This document shows, one piece after another, positions 19,004 to 29,037 of a stretch of DNA of 61,584 nucleotides. The notes below the pieces were generated by a model, which ran no database searches, had not been told where the DNA came from, and worked only from the letters and a program-made list of their open reading frames with translations. This DNA comes from a virus. Taxonomy: Duplodnaviria > Caudoviricetes. How positions within the stretch are numbered: the stretch's first letter is position 1; the number at the start of each line of letters is the position of its first letter. The stretch spans positions 1 to 61,584 of the IMG/VR virus record IMGVR_UViG_3300025759_000098; one strand, written 5' to 3'. A program made the position numbers and the translations under genes.

Positions 19004-20140
19004 ATGGGATTACTAGACAATCAAACAGAACATAGTTATTATAACAGTAACAACTTTGGTGGCTATCAATTTATATCGTTAGACCATATAATAAACAACT
19101 TTATGATTGCTTATGTTGGAGAGGGTAAAATAATATCTAAAATAAAAAGAACTGACGTAGCATTTCACGCGCAAAGAGCTATACAAGAGTTGAGTTACGA
19201 TACTTTTAAATCTACAAAGTCTCAAGAAATAGAAATACCACCTTCGTTAACAATGTTGTTACCTCAAGATTATGTTAACTACGTGAAGCTTACTTGGGTT
19301 GACTCTCTTGGTATAGAACATATTATTTATCCTACTAGTAAAACATCTAATCCAAAAGCCATAAAACAAAACGCAGACGGTAGTTATGTTTTTACAAACG
19401 ACATTAATTTAGCAGAGCAAACAGAAGGAAACTCAACAGCTGAAACACATGAGACACTATCATTTCCAAGTAGTAACACTATATCTTTAAACGATGCTAA
19501 CGGTAATATAGTGTCTGATATATCGACTGTTTTGTCTTTAGGCATGGAGTTACATGGTTCTGATGCCAACGGTAATGATATACCTCCTGGTATACATATA
19601 ACAGCTTTTGACAGCGCGCAAACACAAGTAGCTTATATAAGTAATACAATACCTGGTGGTACTTATGATGTTACATTTACTAAAGGTCAAAGTTCAAATA
19701 CTTGGGAAAGTTTTAAATCAGCTACGTCTATAAACGAAGACGATGACTATAAAGATGATACTTATTGGCCTAGTTTAGGCGGTAGGTATGGTATAGACCC
19801 AGCTCATGCTCAAATAAACGGATCGTTTTATATAGATGAGTTAAAAGGAAAAATACATTTTTCATCTAATATTTCAGGAAAAACTGTGATACTAAAATAT
19901 ATAAGCGATGGACTAGGTACTGACGAAGAAATGATAGTACACAAATTTGCTGAAGAAGCTATGTATAAATCTATAGCTTATGCTATATTGTCAACCACTA
20001 TAGCTGGACAGCCTTTAGCACCTAGTTTTCAACAACAAAAATCTGCGGCTATAAGAACTGCTAAACTAAGATTATCAAATTTAAAAATAGAAGAGCTTAC
20101 TCAAATAATGAGGGGTAAAGCTAAGTTTATAAAACACTAG
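19004..20140 (+). CDS. Putative tail ring/structural protein
   Basis: 378 aa; LPQDYVNY, ILKYISDG; assigned by position. Confidence 0.55.
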   Translation: MGLLDNQTEHSYYNSNNFGGYQFISLDHIINNFMIAYVGEGKIISKIKRTDVAFHAQRAIQELSYDTFKSTKSQEIEIPPSLTMLLPQDYVNYVKLTWVDSLGIEHIIYPTSKTSNPKAIKQNADGSYVFTNDINLAEQTEGNSTAETHETLSFPSSNTISLNDANGNIVSDISTVLSLGMELHGSDANGNDIPPGIHITAFDSAQTQVAYISNTIPGGTYDVTFTKGQSSNTWESFKSATSINEDDDYKDDTYWPSLGGRYGIDPAHAQINGSFYIDELKGKIHFSSNISGKTVILKYISDGLGTDEEMIVHKFAEEAMYKSIAYAILSTTIAGQPLAPSFQQQKSAAIRTAKLRLSNLKIEELTQIMRGKAKFIKH

Positions 20141-20143
20141 AAT

Positions 20144-21937
20144 ATGCCAGAATTGAAACGTGGTTTCGGTGCTGCTAAAATGAATAAGGATGCGGACGAA
20201 AGAACAATTCCTAATGGCGAGTACAGAGAAGCTTTAAATATACAAATAACTACTTCTGACGAATCTGACGTTGGTACATTGCAAACTTTATTAGGTAACA
20301 CTAAAATAGAGTTTAACACATTAACAACGTTACAACTGTCTACTAATGCTAAGTGCGTAGGATCTGTTGCAGACGAACAAAAAAATAGAATATTTTACTA
20401 CGTAAAAGACAGTCAAAATTTCACTGATTATATATTTCAATATAACCTAAACGACAATCAAATAGTACCTATAGTCGTCGATAAATATAGAGTTACCGTA
20501 CAAGTTAGTACAATCAACTCTGGCACCACTGGAACTGTTAGAAGTTTTATAATATCAGACCTAGGTAATTCTTTAGAAAATATAACTAACGTTAGACCTG
20601 GCATGAAAATAATACAAGCTAGTTTTGACAATGGTAACTCTCCTGTGTCCGCTTCTAATAATATAAAAGTTATAAGTTTAAAAAATTTTGGAACTAACGA
20701 ATGGGAAGTTTTGTTAGATGATTTTTCTGATTCAGGATTATTTTTTAACACAGTTTCTCAAACGCAAGGGCAAATAATTTTAGAAGCTCCAAAAGCTTTA
20801 AATTTACCAGATAAATTAATAACAGGTATAAACATATTAGATGACACTTTATTTTGGACAGACGGTAAATCAGAACCTAAATATATAGACGTGTCACGTG
20901 TTCAAACTCGTTTTTCTGGAGAAATACATACTAAGTACGTAGTAAAAGACGAGTACAACAATATAATAATGGATAGTGTTAACAAAATAGATTTTAGAGA
21001 AAATCCAGACTACATAAAAGAAGAGCACTTGACCGTTATTAAAAAATCCCCTTTATATCCCCCAACTTTATTACTAAGTAATACTTCAGACTTTAGGTTT
21101 GATTCTGCAGGTAGTTCTACACTTACAGGTACTATAAACGATGTATTCGTAGATAACAACGACGATCCTTTAGAAGCGGGTACGATAAAGACTGTTTTAT
21201 TTGATCAACCAATACCTGATTATGAGGTTGGTGATGTTTTAATACTTAGAAGAGAAACTAGTTTTGAAGAAGGGGATTTAGACGACTTTGAAATAATAGT
21301 AGAATTGTTAGAGTTTAACTCTACTGCCGCAACAGGTAAAATTAAAATAAACTTTATAAAAGACCTAACAGGACATACATTTACCGTACCTCAAGTTTTT
21401 AATGTTATGATACAACAAGAAAAACCTTTGTACGAATTTAAGTTTCCTAGGTTTGCTTTTAGATACAAGTACCAAAACTCACAATACTCTCCACTTTCAC
21501 CATTTTCAGAACCAGCATTTTTACCAGGAACATTTAGCTATAATCCAAAAGAAGGTTTTAACTTAGGTATGGTTAACAACTTAAGATCTCTTTACGTTAT
21601 GGATTTTGTACCAGACGAAGACACTTTACCTAAAGACGTTATTGAAATAGATATTGTTTATAAAGAATCTGACACGAATAATATATACGTAGTAAAAACT
21701 ATAGAATATGGTACGCCTGAATGGATCGCTCGAGGTTCAGATATTAATACTAACGCTAGTGCTTTTGCTAGAACAAAAGGAGCTTTATTAATAACTTCAG
21801 AAATGGTTAAATCAGCTATTGAGTCAAATCAAATACTAAGACCTTGGGACAATGTTCCTAGATCTGCTAAAGCACAAGAGATAGTAGGTAATAGACTTGT
21901 GTACGCTAACTATTTACAAAACTATAATTTAAGATAA
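20144..21937 (+). CDS. Tail nozzle/stabilisation protein, N-terminal part
   Basis: MNKDADER...GEYREALN start, LFWTD, FAFRYKY motifs recalled from podoviral tail proteins of Bacteroidota phages. Confidence 0.65.
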   Translation: MPELKRGFGAAKMNKDADERTIPNGEYREALNIQITTSDESDVGTLQTLLGNTKIEFNTLTTLQLSTNAKCVGSVADEQKNRIFYYVKDSQNFTDYIFQYNLNDNQIVPIVVDKYRVTVQVSTINSGTTGTVRSFIISDLGNSLENITNVRPGMKIIQASFDNGNSPVSASNNIKVISLKNFGTNEWEVLLDDFSDSGLFFNTVSQTQGQIILEAPKALNLPDKLITGINILDDTLFWTDGKSEPKYIDVSRVQTRFSGEIHTKYVVKDEYNNIIMDSVNKIDFRENPDYIKEEHLTVIKKSPLYPPTLLLSNTSDFRFDSAGSSTLTGTINDVFVDNNDDPLEAGTIKTVLFDQPIPDYEVGDVLILRRETSFEEGDLDDFEIIVELLEFNSTAATGKIKINFIKDLTGHTFTVPQVFNVMIQQEKPLYEFKFPRFAFRYKYQNSQYSPLSPFSEPAFLPGTFSYNPKEGFNLGMVNNLRSLYVMDFVPDEDTLPKDVIEIDIVYKESDTNNIYVVKTIEYGTPEWIARGSDINTNASAFARTKGALLITSEMVKSAIESNQILRPWDNVPRSAKAQEIVGNRLVYANYLQNYNLR

Positions 21938-21938
21938 T

Positions 21939-24900
21939 ATGCCAGTATCAAACTCAAAAGTAAATATAACAGCAAATGTACAAGCTGTTGATAAATCTAC
22001 AAACATAGCTGAAAAGTCTTTGAAGTCACAAAGAACTTATCAGGTTGGCGTAGTATTCAAAGATATATATGGTAGAGAAACACCTGTGTTTACAGATAAA
22101 GCTGGTACGTTTACAGTGCCAAAAGCAATGTGTAATAAGGTAAACTCCGTAACAACTACTTTAAATAGCCAGGTACCTTCATGGGTTGACACTTATAAGT
22201 TTTTTGTTAAAGAGACTTCTAATGAATATTACAATGCTTGTATGGATAGATGGTATGACTCTGAAGATGGTAATCTTTGGTTAAGTTTTCCATCGGCTGA
22301 AAGAAATAAAATACAAGAAGAAGGCTTTATAATATTGAAGAAACAAGCTTCTAGTCAAGACGCTGTTATTGAAGAAGCTAGATACAAAGTAATAGATATA
22401 AAAAACGAAGCGCCTGAAGATATAAAAACATATTATGAGTTATACGGTAATGATCAGGTTACTGTAAAAGCATCTGGTGCTATAGCTGGTACTAAAACTA
22501 TAACTTTCACAGGGGGTGCAGGGGGTAACGATTGGGAAGACTCGGTGTTTCACGATGATATTGTAGCAGACACTTCTAATGGAGCTGGTACTTCTGAGTC
22601 TGGTTTTATAGGTTGGCCTTTAGATAGCGTTGCTATAAAATTACAAAACGCAAGTGGTACTAATACAGGTTGGATGGACGTTGCTAACATATACAAAGAC
22701 AGTAGTGATTACAAAGTAGAGTTATCAAGACCAATGCAGGGTAACTCTGTAGACGGTGGTATAATTGACGAGATAATACTTGATTCATCTTCTAATTCTG
22801 ACGTTACAGTTAAAATAGCTAAAAAAGTAGTTAAAAATAAAAAAGAATTTGATGGTAAGTTTTTTGTTAAGATAGCTAGAGACGCTGTTTTAGAAGAAAA
22901 AGTTAGAGAAGTTGGAACAACAAATGTTAACTTTTCGGTTGACGCTCAAGTAAAACAATATTCATTTACACAAAGTTCTGCTGATAGTACTCAATCATTT
23001 TGGCAAAGCGTTGGGGAAACTTGGTTTATAGATGACGCTAGTAGGGCTAATGTTGGTACAGGTGCCGCTATTAATTATAATGGGCCTTACGATAGGGACA
23101 ATGGGTTTGGTATAAGAGGAGATGAAACAGGCGCTAGAAGTGGTGACTCACAGTCTAGCCTACGTTGCACCATGGAGTTAACTTTAAATAACATAAATGA
23201 TACTAATAAAGACGGCTACGATATAAGTAATAACAGTTCTGAAAACCAAACGTTTTACGAAAAGATACAGAAAAAAGGAACTTTATTTAGATGGAAAGAA
23301 GACCCGTACCAACACGTGTACAGAGTTGTTAGTTGTAAAAACAGCCAAGACTACAATGGCTCCAACCAAGGACCACCCAATCACAGTTATAAAAAAGGTA
23401 TATTAAATTTTTCTTCTTACAAACATAGAAGAAAAGACCCTGAAAATAAATGTATTAGATTATATTTAACTTTTGTAACCGCTGGCTACAGGCTTGCAAG
23501 TGTACAATCTGGTGGTGTTTTTGGGGGAACTTATGAGACACACGACGCTGGATTAAGACCTTTTAGATTTCAAAATCAATACACTCCTCCTACAGGTGAC
23601 TGGGAACCTGTAGACAGAGGTTACGGTCAATACACAAGTTCTACTCCAGCAGATGCTACTGGTGATATTAATCAAAACACAGCGTCATTTAATGACAATG
23701 CAAGCAAGCATAATACAATACAGATAGTCAAGCTAGAGTCTGGTGGAGATGAAGAGCCTGTTTTTACTGATGAACCAGCAATATGGGAAACAGAACCTAG
23801 AGAAGATGTAGGTTTAGATATATACTACGAAGCTAGTCAAGCTTATCCTGCTAAGTTGACAGATCAAACAAACGAGCTGTTTGCACCTTACGGTTGCACT
23901 GTAACCTGTGTAGATGTTATAAACAATAAAACTTTCTTTTTACCAGAAGGAACACAACTGTACGACTGGGCACCAAACGGTAATGGTGGTAACACTTTGT
24001 TGTTAACCGCTAGGGCAGATGAAGTTGGTATACTTGACAAATCCGTTGCTACAAATAACTCTAACTATCTAACAACATTAACAGGTGGTCAGCACGAGGT
24101 TAACGGAGTAAATATTGATCCTGCTAATACCTCAAATACTTTATTTTTTGACTTACAAAACAGTCTTAGAGGTTTAGAGTTAAGATTTACAAGACAAGAC
24201 GGTAGCTATACAACTGCTAATATAGCAGAGTTTTCTGTATGGTCACCAAATAACCAAAACTTTAATCCAAACATACCTGTTTTTAATTCAGCTTTTAATA
24301 ACAATCGTATTAAAATTACTTTAAAAAGAAATTTAGGTAACAATACTGTAAGACTACCTTATTTTAATTGTTACTCGTTTGGTAACGGTGTAGAGTCTGA
24401 TAGAATAAGAGATGATTTTAATCAAGTTAGAATAGGCAAAGGTGTCAAGGCTTCTACTGTACCACCTGTGCCTTACAAAGAAGAAAGCAAAACTAATGGC
24501 TTAATATATTCAGGTATATGGAACTCTAACAATGGTATCAATAGATTAAACCAGTTTATTGCCGCTGAAAAAATAACCAAAGATGTTTCGCCTACTTATG
24601 GTAGTATACAAAAAATAAAAGCTAGAGATACTGACTTAGTTACTTTTTGTGAGGATAAAATATTAAAGATACAAGCATATAAAGATGCTTTGTATAGTGC
24701 TGACGGTAAGCCACAATTAATAGCGTCTAACAATGTATTAGGTGATGTAAGTTCTTTCGCTGGTGAATTTGGTATATCTACAAATCCAGAGTCTTACGCT
24801 GAAGATGGATTTAGAATGTATTGTACAGATAAACAAAGAGGTGAAGTGTTAAGAATATCAATGGACGGTATTACACCTATATCTAACGTGGGTATGGACG

Positions 24901-25754
24901 ATTACTTTGGTGATAATTTGAAACTAAATCAAGAGTTGATAGGTAGTTTTGATGATAGAAAAGATGAATACAACATATCACTGCAAGATACAAGTGGTGA
25001 TAAAATAACGGTTTCTTTTAGCGAAAAAGCAAAAGGCTGGACTAGTTTTAAATCTTTTATACCAGAAGATGGTGTAAGTATAAACAACAATTATTATACG
25101 TTTAAAAATGGTATGCCTTATATACACCACACAAACGAAATACGAAATAATTTTTACGATGTACAGTATGATTCTTATTTAGACTTAGTTTTTAACGAGA
25201 TGCCTAACGTTGTTAAAAACTTTACTTATATGGTTTATGAAGGTACTCAATCTAAGATAACGCAAAACTTAGGACATACAGACGCAAACGGAGTGTTTTA
25301 TCCAGATAATGAGTATTACAACAATATCGCAAAAGATGGTTGGTATATAGAAAATGGGTTTACTGATTTACAAGAGGCTGGAAGTATGGAGTTTAAAGAC
25401 AAAGAAGGTAAATGGTTTTCTTATATGAAAGGTACTTCAGTAAAAGATATTAGCGATTTAAACAGTAAAGAAATAACGTTTCAAGGTATAGCTACTTTTG
25501 ATAGCATAAGAACAGAACCAGACGTAGATCCAGGAAACGATATTTTTGGATGTACTGATCCAACAGCTCTAAATTACGATCCTTTAGCTACAGCTGACGA
25601 TGGCAGTTGTGTATTACCTGTACATGGATGTACAAATCCTAATGCTACTAACTACAATCCTAATGCTAATGTAGATGATGGAAGTTGTATAATACCACCA
25701 CCTGCTCCTACTACGTTTACGATAACGTTTAACGAAATAGGAGACGAAGACTAA
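21939..25754 (+). CDS. Tail nozzle/stabilisation protein, C-terminal part
   Basis: YQVGVVFKDIYGRETPV, FGNGVESDRIRDD, GWTSF, KEGKWF; two GCT(D/N)P..NY repeats at the C-terminus. Confidence 0.65.
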   Translation: MPVSNSKVNITANVQAVDKSTNIAEKSLKSQRTYQVGVVFKDIYGRETPVFTDKAGTFTVPKAMCNKVNSVTTTLNSQVPSWVDTYKFFVKETSNEYYNACMDRWYDSEDGNLWLSFPSAERNKIQEEGFIILKKQASSQDAVIEEARYKVIDIKNEAPEDIKTYYELYGNDQVTVKASGAIAGTKTITFTGGAGGNDWEDSVFHDDIVADTSNGAGTSESGFIGWPLDSVAIKLQNASGTNTGWMDVANIYKDSSDYKVELSRPMQGNSVDGGIIDEIILDSSSNSDVTVKIAKKVVKNKKEFDGKFFVKIARDAVLEEKVREVGTTNVNFSVDAQVKQYSFTQSSADSTQSFWQSVGETWFIDDASRANVGTGAAINYNGPYDRDNGFGIRGDETGARSGDSQSSLRCTMELTLNNINDTNKDGYDISNNSSENQTFYEKIQKKGTLFRWKEDPYQHVYRVVSCKNSQDYNGSNQGPPNHSYKKGILNFSSYKHRRKDPENKCIRLYLTFVTAGYRLASVQSGGVFGGTYETHDAGLRPFRFQNQYTPPTGDWEPVDRGYGQYTSSTPADATGDINQNTASFNDNASKHNTIQIVKLESGGDEEPVFTDEPAIWETEPREDVGLDIYYEASQAYPAKLTDQTNELFAPYGCTVTCVDVINNKTFFLPEGTQLYDWAPNGNGGNTLLLTARADEVGILDKSVATNNSNYLTTLTGGQHEVNGVNIDPANTSNTLFFDLQNSLRGLELRFTRQDGSYTTANIAEFSVWSPNNQNFNPNIPVFNSAFNNNRIKITLKRNLGNNTVRLPYFNCYSFGNGVESDRIRDDFNQVRIGKGVKASTVPPVPYKEESKTNGLIYSGIWNSNNGINRLNQFIAAEKITKDVSPTYGSIQKIKARDTDLVTFCEDKILKIQAYKDALYSADGKPQLIASNNVLGDVSSFAGEFGISTNPESYAEDGFRMYCTDKQRGEVLRISMDGITPISNVGMDDYFGDNLKLNQELIGSFDDRKDEYNISLQDTSGDKITVSFSEKAKGWTSFKSFIPEDGVSINNNYYTFKNGMPYIHHTNEIRNNFYDVQYDSYLDLVFNEMPNVVKNFTYMVYEGTQSKITQNLGHTDANGVFYPDNEYYNNIAKDGWYIENGFTDLQEAGSMEFKDKEGKWFSYMKGTSVKDISDLNSKEITFQGIATFDSIRTEPDVDPGNDIFGCTDPTALNYDPLATADDGSCVLPVHGCTNPNATNYNPNANVDDGSCIIPPPAPTTFTITFNEIGDED

Positions 25755-25765
25755 AAAAAAATAAT

Positions 25766-26317
25766 ATGAATATATATACAACAAACTCAATAACTACAGT
25801 TGACATAGATATTAACACTGGTATTTTAGACCAACCAAATATTTTTCCTCCGTTAAGTAATTATTTTTTAACAATTACACCTAACGTAGGAGAAGATATA
25901 GCTGCTAAATTTTTTAGATGTGGACCTGGTACTATACCGTTAGAATTAGCTATGCAAGGAGACCCAGATAGTCACACGCAGTTTCCCTCTAAATTTGAAT
26001 GGAGAATGCCCTCAAATGTAATTAACCAACCTGTGGCTTACCACAAAATAGTTTTACAAGACTCTGAAAATCCAACTAATGATCCTAATTTTACAGGAGG
26101 TGGTACTAATCAAGTTTATGTTTGGATATATTTTGGTAGTCCTATTTTAACGACAACTACAGCTCTTGAACCATTTATATGGACACAAACGTCAAACCAT
26201 TTAACAAGTGTTGACATAGATTATGATCCTGATCCTTTAACTTTAAATGATGTTTTACAACCAGGATCTGTAGGATCTTCTACTTCTGTAGGTACTATTA
26301 ACACTATAACTATATAA
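25766..26317 (+). CDS. Hypothetical tail-region protein
   Basis: 183-aa ORF in the tail operon. Confidence 0.65.
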   Translation: MNIYTTNSITTVDIDINTGILDQPNIFPPLSNYFLTITPNVGEDIAAKFFRCGPGTIPLELAMQGDPDSHTQFPSKFEWRMPSNVINQPVAYHKIVLQDSENPTNDPNFTGGGTNQVYVWIYFGSPILTTTTALEPFIWTQTSNHLTSVDIDYDPDPLTLNDVLQPGSVGSSTSVGTINTITI

Positions 26318-26318
26318 C

Positions 26319-27566
26319 ATGGCTACAACTACAACTATATCAAGAGAGGGTCAAACTAAAACTATTAAAATAACAGGCGTACCTAATACTATGTTTGAGT
26401 TTTATGTAAAACAAGGTTCTAATTATTATAATTTTAATACCGAAAGTTTTACTTCTAGTATAAGTATACTTAAAAAACAAACAATACCAGCTAAAGGTTT
26501 ATACACTGTAGATGTTGTTATACCAACAGTAACTTCTGACACTAAATATGATTTTTTTATAACACCTATAGGTGGTGCTAAATTAAACATAGAAACTACT
26601 GCTGATTTAAAAATAGGTACATTGTACCAAAAAGGCACTGCTACATTAACGGTTACAACAACTGACGATACAACTCTTAGTATAGCTAGTGCTTTAACAG
26701 GTGGCACAGCTACAACTGCTGGAGCAACAGTTTCTCAATCAGGAGCTATAACAGAAGCTAGTGGTAATCTTGTTTATTTACATAGTATACCAACTTGGAA
26801 CTCATCAACAGGTGGTGCTTGGACAAACAGTAGAAAAGTTACACAAACTATAGTTCATGGTCATGGAACCGTGTGGCACGTAGAAGATGGAACTAATATA
26901 ACCACAGGGCTATCTGTTACTGGCGTGGGTATAATAGACGAAATAACAGTGTCAGCTATTAGTGGTAATAAAGTAACTTTATCTGCTGCTCAAAATTTAA
27001 AACCAGGACAAGAATTAGTTTTTACACCTAGCCAATGGGAGTTTTCGTCTATATTTGCTAAGGCAAATCCAAATGAAAGACAGTCTGGAACAACTTCTAT
27101 TTCATTTACAAACGAGGTTAACGTCGCAAAGGTAGGTATAGCTAATTTAACTGTAGAGCTTGATGTAGACGAGTATGTTAGTATAAAGCCGAACGCTTTT
27201 CCGGTAAATGTTAATTGTCCGGTTGGTACTACTATTGAAATAGACTGTAAAGCAGAGTGTACTAATTTTTTTAATAAGCTAGGTGATTTAGACCAAAACA
27301 CTAAAACTTTTAAAGTTCAATCTATTCCAGCTCACGCTACTTCTAGCGCAGCTATAAGGATGGCTGATACCTCTATAATAGGAACAATATCAAAAGCAGC
27401 AGACGAAGCGTTTGGTAGTGCTGGCGTTGGTATAATAGAGTATACTCCCCATGCAAGTATGATACCAGGAGACACAGATGTTTTTTATTACAAAACAGTA
27501 GATGCCCAGTCATCACCACAAACAAGTTCATTAACACAAGGTAAAGTAACCGTAACAATAGTATAA
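26319..27566 (+). CDS. Thr-rich tail or fibre-associated protein
   Basis: 415 aa, beta-rich; C-terminal YTP...GDTDVFYYK..D...VTVTI resembles an Ig-like repeat. Confidence 0.6.
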   Translation: MATTTTISREGQTKTIKITGVPNTMFEFYVKQGSNYYNFNTESFTSSISILKKQTIPAKGLYTVDVVIPTVTSDTKYDFFITPIGGAKLNIETTADLKIGTLYQKGTATLTVTTTDDTTLSIASALTGGTATTAGATVSQSGAITEASGNLVYLHSIPTWNSSTGGAWTNSRKVTQTIVHGHGTVWHVEDGTNITTGLSVTGVGIIDEITVSAISGNKVTLSAAQNLKPGQELVFTPSQWEFSSIFAKANPNERQSGTTSISFTNEVNVAKVGIANLTVELDVDEYVSIKPNAFPVNVNCPVGTTIEIDCKAECTNFFNKLGDLDQNTKTFKVQSIPAHATSSAAIRMADTSIIGTISKAADEAFGSAGVGIIEYTPHASMIPGDTDVFYYKTVDAQSSPQTSSLTQGKVTVTIV

Positions 27567-27567
27567 T

Positions 27568-27918
27568 ATGCCAGTAACTACATTAACATTTTCTAATGAC
27601 ATAAACGTTTCAGTACAGATAGGTGATATAATTTACTACGCACCATCTAGTACAGTAAGTGTTCCACACCAAGAATTAGTAGGTAATATAATTCAATTTG
27701 GTGTAGTAACTGATATTGATAACAACGATATAATAGTTACGCACGCATCAAACGTAAATCCACCTGGAGCAAACGATTTCATTATGTTTGCTAAAGACAG
27801 ATCTGTTAACATGTCTAGTCTTTTAGGTTACTTTGCGGAGTTTAGAATTAGAAACAACTCAACAAGTAAGTCAGAAATGTACAGTTTGTCCGTGGACGTC
27901 ACGGAGAGTAGTAAATAA
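27568..27918 (+). CDS. Hypothetical tail-region protein
   Basis: 116 aa; INVSVQIGD, SSLLGYFA. Confidence 0.65.
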   Translation: MPVTTLTFSNDINVSVQIGDIIYYAPSSTVSVPHQELVGNIIQFGVVTDIDNNDIIVTHASNVNPPGANDFIMFAKDRSVNMSSLLGYFAEFRIRNNSTSKSEMYSLSVDVTESSK

Positions 27919-27961
27919 TTTTAAAAAAGTGTGACTATATAGGTGAAATATAATTTAATCT

Positions 27962-28408
27962 ATGGAGTTAAAAACAAGAGAGCATATAGAAGAACTACAA
28001 AAGTTTTTAATATCTATTGCTGACAATGAAAATATAATAGCAGACGGCGGTAATATAGTTTATCGTGAAAAGTTTAAATACAAACATACCTTTGCAGATG
28101 GTATTTACGTTAGAGAAATGACCATTGAAAAAGACGAAGTAATAATTGGAGCCATACATAAACACTTACATGTGTGGTTTTTATTATCTGGAAACATAAC
28201 TGTTTTAACAGAGGGTAAATTAAAAGAATATCAGGCACCATGTACTGTCTTATCTGAACCAGGAGTCAAAAGAGTTATATATGGAAATGAAGAATCTGTG
28301 TTTGTTAACGTACATAAAAATCCAACTAACACGCAAGATATTAAAGAACTAGAAGAACAAATAGTAGCTTTAAATTACAATGAATATGAAGAATACATTA
28401 AAAAATAA
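27962..28408 (+). CDS. Cupin-like protein
   Basis: HTFADGIYVREM...GAIHKHLH...PGVKR cupin-type pattern. Confidence 0.6.
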   Translation: MELKTREHIEELQKFLISIADNENIIADGGNIVYREKFKYKHTFADGIYVREMTIEKDEVIIGAIHKHLHVWFLLSGNITVLTEGKLKEYQAPCTVLSEPGVKRVIYGNEESVFVNVHKNPTNTQDIKELEEQIVALNYNEYEEYIKK

Positions 28409-28414
28409 TACATT

Positions 28415-29023
28415 ATGAGTTTTGCAGTAGTAGCAGTAGCAGGTGCGGTATTAGGCGCCGGTAAAATGATAAAAGGTGGTATAGATAAGTCTAAGGCTAG
28501 AAAAAGACAGAACGCCGCTAAAGAACAGTTAGAAGCACAGATGGATGAGTACATGAATCAAGAAGTTAAAAATCCTTATGAAGGTATGGAAAACATGTCT
28601 GAAGACCTTACTGTTGATACAAAGGCAGCTGAGTTTGCAGCGCAAAAATCTGAACAAGCTAGAGCAGACACAATGGGTAGTTTAGCGGCTTCCGCAGGTT
28701 CTAGTGGTATAGCAGCTTTAGCACAGTCTATGGCTAACCAAGCTACACAAGAAGCACAGGCGGCATCACAGTCTATAGCTAGTCAAGAACAAGCTAATCA
28801 AGCAGCAGAAAGAGCTGAAGCTGGTAATATACAAGAAAAAATGAGACAAGGTGAAATAATGGTTCAAAATATTAAAGACCAGAAAATGGGTACTAGAATG
28901 GGTATGACACAACAAGAGATGGCAGCTGAACAACAAAACATGGCTGATGCAGATGCTTTGATGGCCAGTGGTATGAGCGACATAGGCTCTGCTGTCGGTG
29001 GAATGGATTTTGGAAAAGAATAA
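28415..29023 (+). CDS. Putative internal virion/ejection protein
   Basis: Hydrophobic Gly/Ala N-terminus then Ala/Gln-rich helices, as in podoviral ejection proteins. Confidence 0.6.
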   Translation: MSFAVVAVAGAVLGAGKMIKGGIDKSKARKRQNAAKEQLEAQMDEYMNQEVKNPYEGMENMSEDLTVDTKAAEFAAQKSEQARADTMGSLAASAGSSGIAALAQSMANQATQEAQAASQSIASQEQANQAAERAEAGNIQEKMRQGEIMVQNIKDQKMGTRMGMTQQEMAAEQQNMADADALMASGMSDIGSAVGGMDFGKE

Positions 29024-29037
29024 ATAAAATATAAAAA

